A stretch of DNA of 63,867 bases, counting the filler, from Octopus bimaculoides (taxonomy: Eukaryota), in assembly GCF_001194135.2 (NCBI RefSeq). It is 7 parts of 7 records of this genome, joined end to end, with 100 filler letters (N's around TTAATTAATTAA, not from the genome) between each part and the next. Parts side by side here need not be neighbours in the genome. Positions count along the whole stretch, not along the records: positions 1 to 20,320 come from NC_068990.1; positions 20,421 to 33,637 come from NC_068983.1; 5 more parts are not named here. One strand, written 5' to 3'. The notes under the pieces are model-generated. The model was not told where the DNA came from. It made no database searches and saw nothing but the letters and a program-made list of their open reading frames with translations. Every line of letters begins with the position of its first letter. Within the stretch, counting starts at the first letter, position 1. The position numbers were made by a program, and so were the translations under genes. Below, in pieces: positions 12,984 through 25,489 of this stretch.

Positions 12984-13674
12984 GCTTATACCACGAGGCC
13001 GCCAGTTGATTTTGGCAAATATGTACTCGTAAGCAGATATATTCACATTTAACGGTTGTCTAAATTTTGACCCAGGGGAAAATCGAAGATGCGACAGTTG
13101 GTAGGAGAGAGAGAAATCTGCACCAGCAGTTGGTTACTACTAATTGTCAGGTGAGTAAACCGGAGACACATTAGCTAATAAGCCTTGCCTAATGGCCCTG
13201 CACCGCCCAATCGAACTCCTGATCTGATAATCAATCATAACTAACAGGCTACGCCACGCGTGTGAACATATACATGATACAGAGTAATTATATGACGAAA
13301 CTAGTTGCAAACATTTCTGATCCTGTACAACATCAAAAGCATTGGTCAATGTTTACATAGTTATGGCTCGTTCTTCTGTCATGGCCATTAGATATCTTCG
13401 CACAAAATTTGGCTCACAAAATGCAAGCTTACGTTTTCGAATTACTTGTTTCTTCGTCTTAATTTGCTCTCAGTCTTGACCTTTCTGATAAGATCGAATA
13501 TTAACTTTCGCCTCACTGCGGTGTATGAAATGAGTTATTGCTTATTCAACGATGTAGACAAAACTTACCATATTCTCACCCAAAATATATAATATATCAT
13601 GTTTATATATGACACTACTATTCGGTGAGACACAACGAATATTTTATAAATCCTATATATCAAATTAGAGATTA

Positions 13675-13731
<57 letters not shown>

Positions 13732-15170
13732 ATATATATATGTATACATATATATTCCAATTAAATATTTGTTCGTAGTTAATAGGTTGATATCGCAACA
13801 AACTCAAGAAAAGCATTTTCCTATTTTAACTCACGACAAATGTCTTGTGTTAATTCATAGAAAACACCGGTTAGTTTCTTTACTTCTTTACTTCTCTGGA
13901 ACGTTAATGTATGGAATAACAAAATATACTTACAGGAATGAATGAATGAATAAATAGATAAATAAACAAATAAATAGATAAATAAATAAATAAATAATAC
14001 CTGTGAAAATAAACATGAAGTTAGAAATATCGGAAATGAAAACAAGACTTTTCCATTATCGTTAAATTCGTAAAGAATTCAAAGAAATATACAATCTCGT
14101 ATCAAATTTAAATATAAATTAATCTTCTTGCAGTGCAGCACTATTATTCCTCGGTTCAAGAATGTTTCCTTCATGTCTGAATATTCCGTATTTCCTTAGA
14201 TATCCATTCCAAACAGAACCACTTGTTATCTATGCGCTTTCCTTCACTTCTAACAATATCTGATTTTGTATTTTTTTTTTTTTTGTGTATTTAACTTCCA
14301 AATCTGCCCGATGGTTTTATGTGAATTGTTTTGCATGAGGAATTTTAAGAGATTTCTTCTTTCTTTTGGGTTAGTGTCTTGTAGGCTATATATGTATTTA
14401 TATATTTTTCTAATGCTACCAGACTCGGTAGAGTGCTGAATTGATAACCTTTTGTTCGTCTATGTATTTTTTCAATCTTCAGTTCGAATGCCGTAAATGA
14501 CTTTTGATGTCGATCCTTCTAAGGTCGATCAAAGAATATTAGAAATGAAATGGAGTAGATTCGATCACCTGGAACGAAACTTCAACCTATAAATTTGCTG
14601 TATTGGGAATCGATTACAAAATACGAAAGAAAGGTGTTCCTTTACGTTCGTGTGCAAATCCTGCCGAAGTCATATTTGTCATCCATCATTTCAGCATTGA
14701 TAAATAAGAATTACATCTTTGATAATGTCATCATATATACAGTTACTCTTATTAAAAGACAGTCTTAGCCATCACACCATCAATCATGGGTGGTCATCAT
14801 TAGATTATACACGGTACTGATGGGCCGGATAAGGATTTTCGTAAGTTTTCTTGTACGATCGGTCATTACTCGGCCGTTGAATACTATTCTTAAGATGAAA
14901 TTCTGGTGTAACTATTGAATAGATGTACTGTTACATGAAAGATGGAAAGAGAATCGGATAAAGAGAGCTGGAATTTAAATGGAAGAGACATGGTGAATAT
15001 GGAGTCTTGTTTGAGCGTGTATTTGTCATAAGTGTTGAAATATTGTTTACATTGACCCGTGAAGGCATGTTACCTAGTGGTTAGGTTGTTGCATTAAAGA
15101 TCTCTACATCATGGGTTCGAATCCCGGACCACCAGTGCCTTGTGTTACTGAGTAAAACATTTCATTTCAT

Positions 15171-15437
15171 ACATTATTTACATTATTTATATTTGACAGA
15201 TATCATCTTGTTTGTTATTAAGTCAACGTTTCGGCTTATATACCCTCCATCCTTCATCAGGCGTCTTGGGGAAATTTCGAACCTGGGTTCTCATTCCTAA
15301 GGTTTTTCGATGTAGTTGTTGTTGTTATTATTATTATTATTATTGTTGTTGTTGTTGCTGTTAATATTCAGGTCACTGCCTGGAATCGAACATGGAATCT
15401 TGGGGTTAGTAGCCCGCGGTCTTAACCACTACGCCAT
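15171..15437 (-). mobile_element. tRNA-headed, hammerhead-bearing SINE-like element (family H1), inverted arm
   Basis: Minus strand: A-box TGGCGTAGTGG, B-box GTTCGATTC, (AAT/AAC)n spacer, body acatcgaaaa..ccttaggaatgagaacccaggttcgaaatttccccaag, then gacgc-CTGATGA-a-ggatg..aagcc-GAAA-cg-TT. Confidence 0.8.
15221..15267 (-). ncRNA. Minimal type-I hammerhead ribozyme motif (degenerate copy, family H1)
   Basis: CUGAUGA core, GAAA, palindromic ACGU helix III; helices I and II are partly eroded in this copy. Confidence 0.6.
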
Positions 15438-15481
15438 GCTTTTAACCACTAATTGTGCTCTTAACCACTACGCCATATGAC

Positions 15482-15750
15482 CTTAATAATAATACTAATA
15501 CTAATAATAATAATAATAATAATAACATCGAAAAATACCTTAGGAATAAGAACCCAGGTTCGAAATTTCACCAAGACACCTGATGAAGGCTGTAGGGTAT
15601 ATCAGATNNNNNNNNNNTCACCAAGACACCTGATGAAGGCTGTAGGGTATATCAGATGAAACGTTCTAATAACAACAAACAAGATGAGGACAAATATCCA
15701 TCAAATGTAAATAATGTACATAATTCTTGACCTCTAAAATATAGAACTGT
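15482..15750 (+). mobile_element. Family H1 element, direct arm (headless, complete 3' end ..aaatatagaactgt)
   Basis: Reverse complement of 15171-15330; contains gacac-CTGATGA-a-ggctg..GAAA-cg-TT. The 15571-15607 segment is duplicated across a 10-N gap. Confidence 0.8.
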
Positions 15751-15984
15751 ATTTCATTTCATGTTGCTCCAGTCCACTCAGCTATAAATGGGTCACCCTG
15801 TGATGGAATAGCTTTCCAATCAGAGATGTAGCATCATTCGAAAGCCAGCGAGGTAGCATCACTCGGAAGCCAGTAAAGCAGCATTATTCGAAAGCTAAAA
15901 AAACACGGACCGCACTGTGACCAGAGTTGTATAATAGCATCCGTTAGTCTAGTTGATACAGTGATACCGTGTTATTCATCCAAA

Positions 15985-16200
15985 CGCGGCGAGCTGGAAG
16001 AACTGTGACTGCGCCGGACAAAATGCATAACGACATTTCTTCCGGCTATCTATCTTCTGAGTTAAAATCCCACCAAGATTAACTCTGCGTTTCATCCTTT
16101 CGGGGTTAATACGATAAAATACCATTCAAGTACATGTGTTGGTATAATCGACTTGTTCCCTTCGCTCTTAAATCACTGGCCTTGTGCCAAAGTAAGAAGA
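15985..16200 (+). mobile_element. SINE family A (diverged)
   Basis: gcggcgagctggaagaac...ctttcatcctttcggggttaat. Confidence 0.8.
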
Positions 16201-17078
16201 CTGTTGTATATTCACCTTCCCTTTCAAAACCATTAGTCATATACCGACATTAGAAACCTTTAACATCTAGAACAATTCATGAGGCAACAATACTTGCTAG
16301 AAACAATTATTAAATCACGCTAAAAAAATCTCTTCCTTCTTAATAAAATGTAGTGCGGATTATGTAGATTGTAGTTTTATTTAGTTATGGCTGAATAAAT
16401 AAAAAGTAATCGTGCGGACCATAGTTAAATGCACTTAGTAATATGTATGGTGACCCAGGATTGGGTTTTTGTTAAATATTTCCATGTAATAACTAGAAAC
16501 ATTAGAGCAAAGCTAAAATATATAAGTGAATGGTTTGAACCAAGCTCAGTTAATTATGATAATGGCTACTTGGGGAATGGAGGACAAACCCAATTCAAGA
16601 GAATTCCAAATCGGAAATTAAAGAAGGTGGATTATTTGTCTATTAGTGTCAAAGTAACACCAAAACGTTTTGTCACTCAATTCTATGTTCCATTGCTTGC
16701 CTAGAGCAAAAATAACCGATTTCTCAAGCATCACAAATCACCTGCCAGTTTTTGAAACGTTTGTATAGTTGTTCACTTTGAATCTACTAATTAAATACTC
16801 GAGTGAGCCCTGGAGGATAGGAAGTAAGACGAGACCGGGCAATATTAAAACGCCATAAACTAGAACGCAGCAAGCCTTTAAATGCAGATCTTAACTTGTT
16901 CGACATTCGCAAGCCTTTAAGCCGTCAGAATTGCAAAGATATGCAATTGAATTCTTGAGATTAACGTTCAATGTTGCTATTGGTAACATTCCACGTGTGA
17001 CTGAAGTATTATCGCCCATTGATGGAATGAAATATTCCTTGCATTGATGGACGAAAAAAATGTAACCAACAGCTTACA

Positions 17079-17210
17079 CTCTTTACATTATTTACATTAT
17101 TTACATTTGACGGATATTTGTCATCTTGTTTGTTGTTAACCTTCCAGCATTCATCAGGTGTCTTGGGGAAATTTCGAACCTGAATTCTCATTCCTAAGGT
17201 ATTTTTCGAT

Positions 17211-17243
<33 letters not shown>

Positions 17244-17244
17244 T

Positions 17245-17297
<53 letters not shown>

Positions 17298-17358
17298 CTA
17301 CTATTATTGTTGTTATTATCATCATTATTATTCAGGTCACTGCCTGGAATCGAACTCG
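17079..17358 (-). mobile_element. Family H1 inverted arm (hammerhead partly deleted, head truncated at the B-box)
   Basis: Matches 15171-15390; includes a (TAG)n spacer. Confidence 0.8.
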
Positions 17359-17935
<577 letters not shown>

Positions 17936-18380
17936 AACAGCTTACAGATAACTTTTTCACAAAATATAAATTAGTTGTTTGGATGAGACATGTTGTGTGA
18001 TGTTGAAGTAGGTCGAAATTTGTTGAAACAATGGCTTATTAAATCTGTGCACCAATCGAGCCTCACCTGTCGTAGACAAAATATATAAATACTGTTATTA
18101 TAATAAACAACACACACATACACATACATTCAAATACCCATTCGTTCAAACACCTTATCTGTGTCCTGTACATGTACGCATGGATACACAGACACACACA
18201 CATACGCACACACAAACACACACACACACACACACATATACACACGCACGCACGAACACACACACACACACACACGTATATATGTGTGTATGTATATTCT
18301 GAGTGTTACACTAATACACCTACCTGTTGTTCTTACACCTTTCTTCATCCTTCGTTTTCCGTAAATATACATGTATACGC

Positions 18381-18438
<58 letters not shown>

Positions 18439-18495
18439 GTGTGTGTGTGTGTGTGCGTGCGTGCGTGTGTGTGTTTGTGTGTATGTACATGTGCG

Positions 18496-18832
18496 TGAAG
18501 GCGCATCGCTCAGTGTTTAGAGCGTCGAGATTAAGATCGTTAGGTTGTGAGTTCGATTCCCGGACCGGGCTGCGTGTTGTGTTCTTGAGCAAGACACTTT
18601 CTTTCACGTTGCTCCAGTTAACTCAGCTGTAGAAATAAGTTGTGATGTACCTGGTACCAAGCTGTATCGGCCCCTTTGCCTTTCCCACGGATAACATCAG
18701 TGGTGTGGAGAGGGGAGGTTGGTATGCATGGGTGACTTCTGATCTTCCATAAAACAACCTTGCCTGGACTTGTGCCTCGGAGGGTAACTTTCTAGGTGCA
18801 ATCCCATGGTCATTCGTGACCGAAGGGCGTCT
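18496..18832 (+). mobile_element. SINE family D (tRNA head, CORE-like ttgagcaagacactt centre)
   Basis: A-box-like cgcatcgctcagtgtttagagcg; B-box gagttcgattccc; shared with 26425-26757. Confidence 0.85.
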
Positions 18833-18914
18833 CCATGTATATGTGTGTATGTATGCATGTATGCATATTTTTCTATTTCTGTTCTCTTTTTTCATATACG
18901 GACATAACTATTTG

Positions 18915-19127
18915 AACGTTTGGCACGGGGCCCACATTTTTAGAGGAGGGGAGTGAAAGTCGATTACATCGATTCTAGTGCTCGACTGATATCTATTTTA
19001 TTGACTCCGAAAGAACGAAAAAGCAAAGTTGACCTCAGTGAGATTTGAAATCGGAGTGTAAAGAATCAGAAGAAATGCTGCTAACCATGTGGTCCGGCGC
19101 AGTAAGCAATCGGCCTGCTCGCTGCCG
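18915..19127 (-). mobile_element. SINE family A (diverged)
   Basis: Sequence match. Confidence 0.75.
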
Positions 19128-19199
19128 CTACATATGTAGGTATACAAAAATATAATTATTTGACAATATATGTATGCCATACATGGTTTAATATAGATA

Positions 19200-19344
19200 T
19201 ACCAACCACATGGTTCCGGGCTCAGACCCACTGCGTGACACCTTGGGCAAGTGTCTTCTACTATAGCCTCGGGCCGACCAAAGCCTTGTGAGTGGATTTG
19301 GTAGACGGAAACTGAAAGAAGCCCGTCGGATTTATATTTATATA

Positions 19345-19405
<61 letters not shown>

Positions 19406-19630
19406 GTGTGTATATGTTTGTGTGTCTGTGTTTGTCCCCCCAACGTCGCTTGACAGCCGATACTGGTGTGGTTAACGTCCCTGTACATTAGTGGTTCGGC
19501 AAAAAGAGACCGATAGAATAAGTACTAGGCTTACAAGTAATAACTCCTGGGGTCGATTTGGTCGGCTAAACGCGGTGCTCCAGCATGGCCACAGTCAAAT
19601 GACTGAAACAAGTAAAAGAGTAAAAGAGTA
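19200..19630 (+). mobile_element. SINE family B (tRNA head; internal (AT)n/(GT)n microsatellite)
   Basis: ccttgggcaagtgtcttctactatagcctcgggccgaccaaagccttgtgagtggatttggtagacggaaactgaaagaagcccgtcg...gctccagcatggccacagtcaaatgactgaaacaagtaaaagag; about 12 copies in the window. Confidence 0.9.
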
Positions 19631-19678
19631 GAGAAAATTACTCACCTCATTATTTTTAACGAAATATTGAGTCGCTTT

Positions 19679-19808
19679 TGGCGGCGTGCTGGCAGAAATG
19701 TTAACACGCCGGGCGAAATGCTTAGCAGTGTCTCGTCTGTCTTTACGTTCTGAGTAAAGACCCCCTCCCCAAAGCTTTCGGGCCTTGTGCCTAGAGTAGA
19801 AAAGAATA
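19679..19808 (+). mobile_element. SINE family A, internally deleted
   Basis: Head fused directly to tail 1 (gttctgagt|aaagaccccctcccc). Confidence 0.8.
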
Positions 19809-20116
19809 TAGTCACTTAATTTCATATATATTCTAGTATCTTGTTATTTTATCAGCGATCCCTCATTTTCAATCACCAATTTTAAAAATGATTTTCTTCG
19901 GTGAATCTTATGAATATTGTCCTAATTTATTTGTTGATTCATCAGTTGTTATATCTTCCTTCTTTCTATTTTTTTCTTTTTTTCTTTCTGCCATCAAATT
20001 CCGATGATAAGATATTCTAAATCCTAGTGATATTCATTGGTATCCAGTTTATTTTCGTTGGATTATTCGCTAGATGTACTTTAAGACCTGTTAACTACAT
20101 CACCACCTCCTATCTT
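19807..20116 (-). mobile_element. Possible Gypsy 3' LTR with polypurine tract
   Basis: Minus strand: purine-rich aagataggaggtggtga then TGTAGT..., ending ..actata (one change from ACTACA); same TGTAGT start as the LTR at 25082. Confidence 0.3.
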
Positions 20117-20364
20117 GTGATGCAGGACGTTTTCTTTATTCCGTACCAAACTCCTATCCCAGAATAAACGAATATAATTCCAATATTTTTATTGAATACT
20201 GCTGCTTGCAATCCGTAAAGAATTCACTCGACAAAGCGAGGCAGCATCTTCTCAAACAATAAATCCTTTTCTAACGGAAGAAAGAGAAAGCAGAAACGTA
20301 GGTTCGTTTAATAAAATCATNNNNNNNNNNNNNNNNNNNNNNNNNNNNNNNNNNNNNNNNNNNN

Positions 20365-20376
20365 TTAATTAATTAA
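20365..20376. other. Artificial scaffolding spacer TTAATTAATTAA (also 33682, 51660, 54610, 56764, 58406)
   Basis: Identical 12-mer centred in 100-bp blocks of 44 N + 12 + 44 N; encodes stops in all six frames. Confidence 0.95.
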
Positions 20377-20420
20377 NNNNNNNNNNNNNNNNNNNNNNNN
20401 NNNNNNNNNNNNNNNNNNNN

Positions 20421-20473
<53 letters not shown>

Positions 20474-20529
20474 GTGTGTGCGTGTGTGTGTGTGTCTGTG
20501 TGTCTGTGTGTGTGTCTGTGTGTGTGTGT

Positions 20530-20570
<41 letters not shown>

Positions 20571-20574
20571 CGTG

Positions 20575-20790
20575 TGTTTGTGTGTCTGTGTTTGTCCCCC
20601 CATCATCGCTTGACAACCGATGATGGTGTGTGTATGTCCCCGTAACTTACCGGTTCGGCAAAAAGAGGCCGATAGAATAAGTACTAGGCTTACAAAGAAT
20701 AAGTCCTGGGGTCGATTTGCTCGACTAAAGGTGGTACTCCAGCATGGCCGCATTCAAATGACTGAAACAAGTAAAAGAGTAAAAGAATAT
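20575..20790 (+). mobile_element. SINE family B, 3' half
   Basis: Sequence match. Confidence 0.88.
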
Positions 20791-20820
20791 ATGTATATAT
20801 ATATACATATATATATACAA

Positions 20821-20882
20821 TTGCAGCGTTCCAGCACACGATCTCAGATCAGGTCACTTGCAATGCAAGTACGTCTCCGTAA
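20821..20882 (+). repeat. 3' fragment of the family containing the G3:C8 hammerhead (H2)
   Basis: cagcacacgatctcagatcaggtcac is the reverse complement of 32761-32787. Confidence 0.65.
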
Positions 20883-21112
20883 TATATATATATACTTTAT
20901 GCACAATTTTATAGACTCAATACACAACGCTCATAAAAGAAATATTCGCTCTTATTCTTCAATTTTCCCAATAAACAGAAAAAAAATTACGTTTCAGAAT
21001 TTATATGATCACAGTTTCATATGTAGAAAACAAAAATTTTATCGTAAAAAATTTATTTTATATATGTAAAATATAGGGATCACAATTTCACGGGGGTAAA
21101 AATTTAATGCAA

Positions 21113-21501
21113 CATAGCATACTCTGAAAAGCGCATCGCTGGTAACTCATAAGCCAAGGCGATGGGTCTGATAACTTTAACTCCCACATCAGATTATTTG
21201 CGAGCCCTTGACAATGCAACATTGCTGACCATGGCCGAATACAGGTTCAGGCAAGAACAGCCCCACTTTTTCAAATGTCTGCCCTTGTGATTTATTGATA
21301 GTCATTGTATATGACAGGCGAACGGGATACTGGTTTCTTTCTAAAGTGAATGACAAGTTTGGGATACGCATGCGTTATAGGTGATATAAAAAAATTAGTT
21401 TAATTTTTAAAAAATTACTTTTCACTAAGCACTCACCATCACTACCACCTCTCTCCCCCTCTCTCTCTCTCTCTCTCTCCCGCTATCTCTCCCTCTCTCC
21501 T

Positions 21502-21540
<39 letters not shown>

Positions 21541-21844
21541 ATCACCGTCAGAACACCACCCCTCTGCTAAAATTATATATTAAAATCACCTCTATATCAC
21601 TACCCCATCAACGAACATTTTTAACCATGTAGTAGATATTACGTTTTCCCTACCACATGTCATGCACGCTTCTCTCTCCGTCTCTTCCCTGTCTGCCCTT
21701 TTCTTTCGCTCTCTTTCTGCTTCACGCTTCGCTTTATCTTTTTCTTTCTCTCTTTTTTTTTTCTTTCTCCCTGTCTTTCTCTAATCACGTGAAAGCGTTA
21801 CCGACGGCCCAGGTAATTTAATGACAAGCAGAATAATTATAAGA
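21113..21844 (-). mobile_element. Non-autonomous Helitron-like element retaining a PIF1-type helicase C-terminal fragment (21190-21375)
   Basis: MRIPNLSFTLERNQYPVRLSYTMTINKSQGQTFEKVGLFLPEPVFGHGQ matches the RepHel/PIF1 TINKSQGQT and F.HGQ motifs. Putative A|TC 5' end at 21844; catcgc..gcgatg hairpin and degenerate CTAG near 21115. Confidence 0.7.
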
Positions 21845-22412
21845 TTACTATTTTCATAAGATTAATACATGTATATGTGTATGCACGCGCATGAGTTTAT
21901 GTATGTATGTATGTATGTATGCATGTATGTATGGGCAAATCAAAATTTAAAAATAACAAGTAAACAAAAAAAGTCAGTTTGATGTACACAGTGAATATTG
22001 ACGATCATTGAAAGTTTTGGATGGAAAAATAGGAGTGACGTTTGGCGCATGGCTCTTTGTCAGAAAGAGGAAAAAGTTGAGAGAGAAAGAAAGGAGCAGA
22101 GTTTGAGAATGGTTTGTATATCGTCACATGGCCATGTACATATCTATATCTATAAACATACATGTATATATGTTTAAATACAATATCAAAATTGTTTTAA
22201 TTGGGCATTGGTGACCTAGCAAACAGAGATTCTGTAGAACAAGCCGAGTGATCAGCAGTCCGAATAATTCCACCAGTATTCATATTGTATCCGTAGTAAT
22301 TTATTCATCAATGGACCATACCGTCTAAGTGTAGATATATAACTCTAAGTACGAATAATTCTGACCCACTTACTTGTTTGAGATCAGTTTATTTTTTATC
22401 ATTCAACATAAG

Positions 22413-22790
22413 CGTAGGAGTGGCTGTGGGGTAAGTAGCTTGCTTACGAACCACATGGTTCCGGGTTCAGTCCCACTGCGTGGCAACTTAGGCAAGTGTC
22501 TTCTACTATAGCCTCGGGCCGACCAAAGCCTTGTGAGTGGATTTGGTAGACGGAAACCGAAAGAAGCACGTCGTATATATGTATTTATATGTGTATGTGT
22601 GTGTGTGTTTGTGTGTCTGTGTTTGTCCCCCCAACATCGCTTGACAACCTATGCTGGTGCGTTTACGTCCCCATAACTTAGTGGTTCGGCAAAAGAGACC
22701 GATAGAATAAGTCCTAGGGTCGATTTGCTCGACTAAAAGGCGGTGATCCAGCATGGCCACAGTCAAATGAGTGAAACAAGTAAAAGAGTC
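22413..22790 (+). mobile_element. SINE family B, full length
   Basis: Head gcgtaggagtggctgtggggtaag...gggttcagtcccactg through to the tail. Confidence 0.92.
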
Positions 22791-22897
22791 CCAAAATCGT
22801 ATACATTTACTTTGCCAATGGCTCAGGATTATGGTTTCGATAACAAGTTACGACAGAAGAGTAACATTCACATGACCGATTCTCTTTCAAATTCATT

Positions 22898-23046
22898 CTC
22901 TTCTACTCTAGGTAGAAGAGCCCTAAACTTTGGGGATGAAAGGCAAAGTTGACCTCGGCGGCATTTGAACTCAGAACATAAAGACAGACGAAATACCGCT
23001 AACCATTTTGCTCGGCGTGCTAACGTTTCTACCAGCTCGACGCCTT
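22898..23046 (-). mobile_element. SINE family A, internally deleted
   Basis: Sequence match. Confidence 0.8.
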
Positions 23047-23671
23047 AAATACATTAATTCTAAAGGCTGTATCATACCAGACAGGCGTTTTTTTTTTTTT
23101 TATCTGCAAAGAAATTATCCCTATCACACATTAATCTTTCAACCATCCTAAGATGATATATAGATTAATTGAAGGAGTTATTTGGAAATCAGAATTTGAT
23201 CTGAATCAAAGTAATCACTGTTGTGTCATCTCGATGAAATCTCAACTAATTTCGCTGTATTTATCATTCTCAGAATATAGATTTTGCTGGAAATGTCTCC
23301 GCAGCTAAACAGTTTGTTTGACCAACTGTTACGCTTGCAATAGATTTGTTACCAACTGACAATTCATCACGTTTCTGTACAGTTAACAGTCAGTCATAGG
23401 TCGAAATTTCTCTTCAGTCATACCTCAAAGAAGCAGTTTCAAATCTTTAATCAGGATCCAGGATATCCTTTCACTATTGACTGAATCATCATCGTCATCG
23501 TCATCATCATCATCATCATCATCATCATTTTCTTCTTCTTCTTCTTCTAAGCAATAGTAGTTTCGTTCATTCTTTCTCACTGTTTTTCCCTTCTTCATTT
23601 TTCAGCATCACTCTCTAACACTATTTCCTCTTTCTCTCACATAGTCTCTATTATTTTGAAACACACACACA

Positions 23672-23706
<35 letters not shown>

Positions 23707-23716
23707 NNNNNNNNNN

Positions 23717-23750
<34 letters not shown>

Positions 23751-23763
23751 CTCACGCACGCAC

Positions 23764-23796
<33 letters not shown>

Positions 23797-24109
23797 CATA
23801 CACACATGCGCGCACACACATACGTACGCACACACACGTACACACGCATATACACACATATATATATGCTGATATACAGTCATGCTTTCATCTGATGATT
23901 TTCACATCAATGGCTCGGATCTTATCGAGCGTCCAAATGTTGGTATACACATTTAGAGCTTATAAGCATAGAAAGATATGTAAGAGACGAAAATTGCCCA
24001 GCGTCAATGGATTGCGACTGATATTTCCGATGCTTTTAAGCACCAAATTTCTATGAGAGGCTTCCTCAAAGCGAATACCATAGCATTACGGCACTATTAC
24101 AATCACCAT

Positions 24110-24545
24110 CATCGTCATCATCATCATCATTTATATCAGTTTTCCATGCTGGCATGGGTTGGACGGTTTGACTGAAAACTGGTAATCCGGTGAGCTGCAC
24201 CATGTTCCGATCTGATTTCGCAAGGTTTCTACGGCTGGATGCCCTTCCAAACGCCAACGATTCCGAAAGTATAGTGGGTGCCATTCACTTGACACCGGCA
24301 TCGGCCACGGCTACGGTCTCACTTGACTTGACAGATCTATATAAGCACGGTATACTGTCAAAAGCCTTGGTCACCTGTCACTGCCTCCATGAGGCCCAAC
24401 GCTCGAACGGTACTTTTTGTGTGCCACCGGTACAGGTGCTAGACTACGGCACTGGCATCGGCCATAACTACGATTTCACTCAGCTCGACAGATTTTCACA
24501 AGCATAGCATATCGCCCAACGTTTGAAGGGTGCTTTTAATGGGCC
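24110..24545 (-). mobile_element. RTE-type-tailed retroelement or SINE ending in (GAT)n
   Basis: Minus-strand 3' end gggcatccagccgtagaaacc...ccgtccaacccatgccagcatggaaaac followed by (GAT)n; resembles RTE-clade 3' tails. Confidence 0.6.
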
Positions 24546-24550
24546 AGGTA

Positions 24551-24985
24551 TACAGAGTGATACCGAACCTTACTACACCAGCAGAAAGTTCACCAACTGA
24601 ACTGATGTTCGCGAGGAAGGTGAAATCAGTTTTTGATAAACTATAACCTAGCGAGGAAAGAAATAGTGCTAGGAAAGATAATCCAATTTTTTTCAAAATT
24701 GGTGATCAGGTGTACACGAGGTCGTATAAAAAGGGAAAACAATACTGAGAAGAAGGAAAATTATTAAATCCAGAGGGAAAATGATGTATTGAAAAAAGAC
24801 ACGAAAACCAATTGAAGAAGAGATTCATTGAAAATGAACCAAACGGATTGGAAGAACCTTTGGAATGGCTGTATGACACATTCCAGCTACCAATACCGTT
24901 ACAAGCTGAACCCACGCGTCCAAGTGTAAGAAAAAGGAAAAACACAGAGTTCTTATAAATAGACGTCGAAAAAGAAAAATATTAA
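24551..24985 (+). pseudogene. Decayed Gypsy/Ty3 integrase C-terminus
   Basis: YRVIPNLTTPAESSPTELMFARKVKSVFDKL*PSEERNSARKDNPIFFKIGDQVYTRSYKKGKQY*EEGKLL...KRHENQLKKRF contains SP.ELMF.R and F..GD.V motifs; several stops. Confidence 0.8.
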
Positions 24986-25067
24986 AAAAAACGCTAAGAA
25001 GGAGGATGGATGAATAAAGTAAAGTAAAATTACTTGCTTCTCAAAGAAAAAAACAAACAAAATAACT

Positions 25068-25363
25068 AAAAAGGGAGGCGTTGTAGTGAAATGGTACACT
25101 CCTTCCCACATGATAAAGTTGTATGACTTAGCCACTATAAAGTCAGACAGTCAGTTGTTGTGGAAAGTTGGTAGTAGTAGTAGAGTTGTTGAACGAGTTC
25201 TCAGCTGAAGCGAGTGTAAGTTATTTGATATATACGAGTTCTTTTATTGTCAAGGTAGTCGTTACAAAGTCGTTCTCTTGCGGAGCTATCAGCGATAGCA
25301 AGATGGACGGGTCAAATATAATAAAACGTAGAATACCACAACATAATAGTGGCGACAAGAATA
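25068..25363 (+). mobile_element. PPT (25068-25080) + LTR (25082-25343) + PBS-like (25350-25362)
   Basis: aaaaagggaggcg, then TGTAGTG...AATAAA...CCACAACA, then tggcgacaagaat. Confidence 0.65.
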
Positions 25364-25418
25364 TTACAGTACCGGCAACAATATACAAGTGGGTGAGGAT
25401 CCACATTATAACAATATA

Positions 25419-25480
<62 letters not shown>

Positions 25481-25489
25481 AAACAAAAA

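Larger units (their letters stand above)
15063..15830 (+). mobile_element. SINE family D host copy split by the 15171-15750 insertion
   Basis: Head gcatgttacctagtggttagg...gttcgaatcccggacc...aaaacatttcatttcat; resumes atttcatttcatgttgctccagtccactcagc. Confidence 0.7.

Noticed and set aside
15367-15437. tRNA gene calls for the many A-box/B-box heads
   Set aside because: No complete cloverleaf or acceptor stem, and each continues into a SINE body.
15571-15660. Apparent tandem double hammerhead in the H1 direct arm
   Set aside because: The two copies are identical and straddle a 10-N gap, most likely an unmerged contig overlap; long reads would be needed to call a real dimer.
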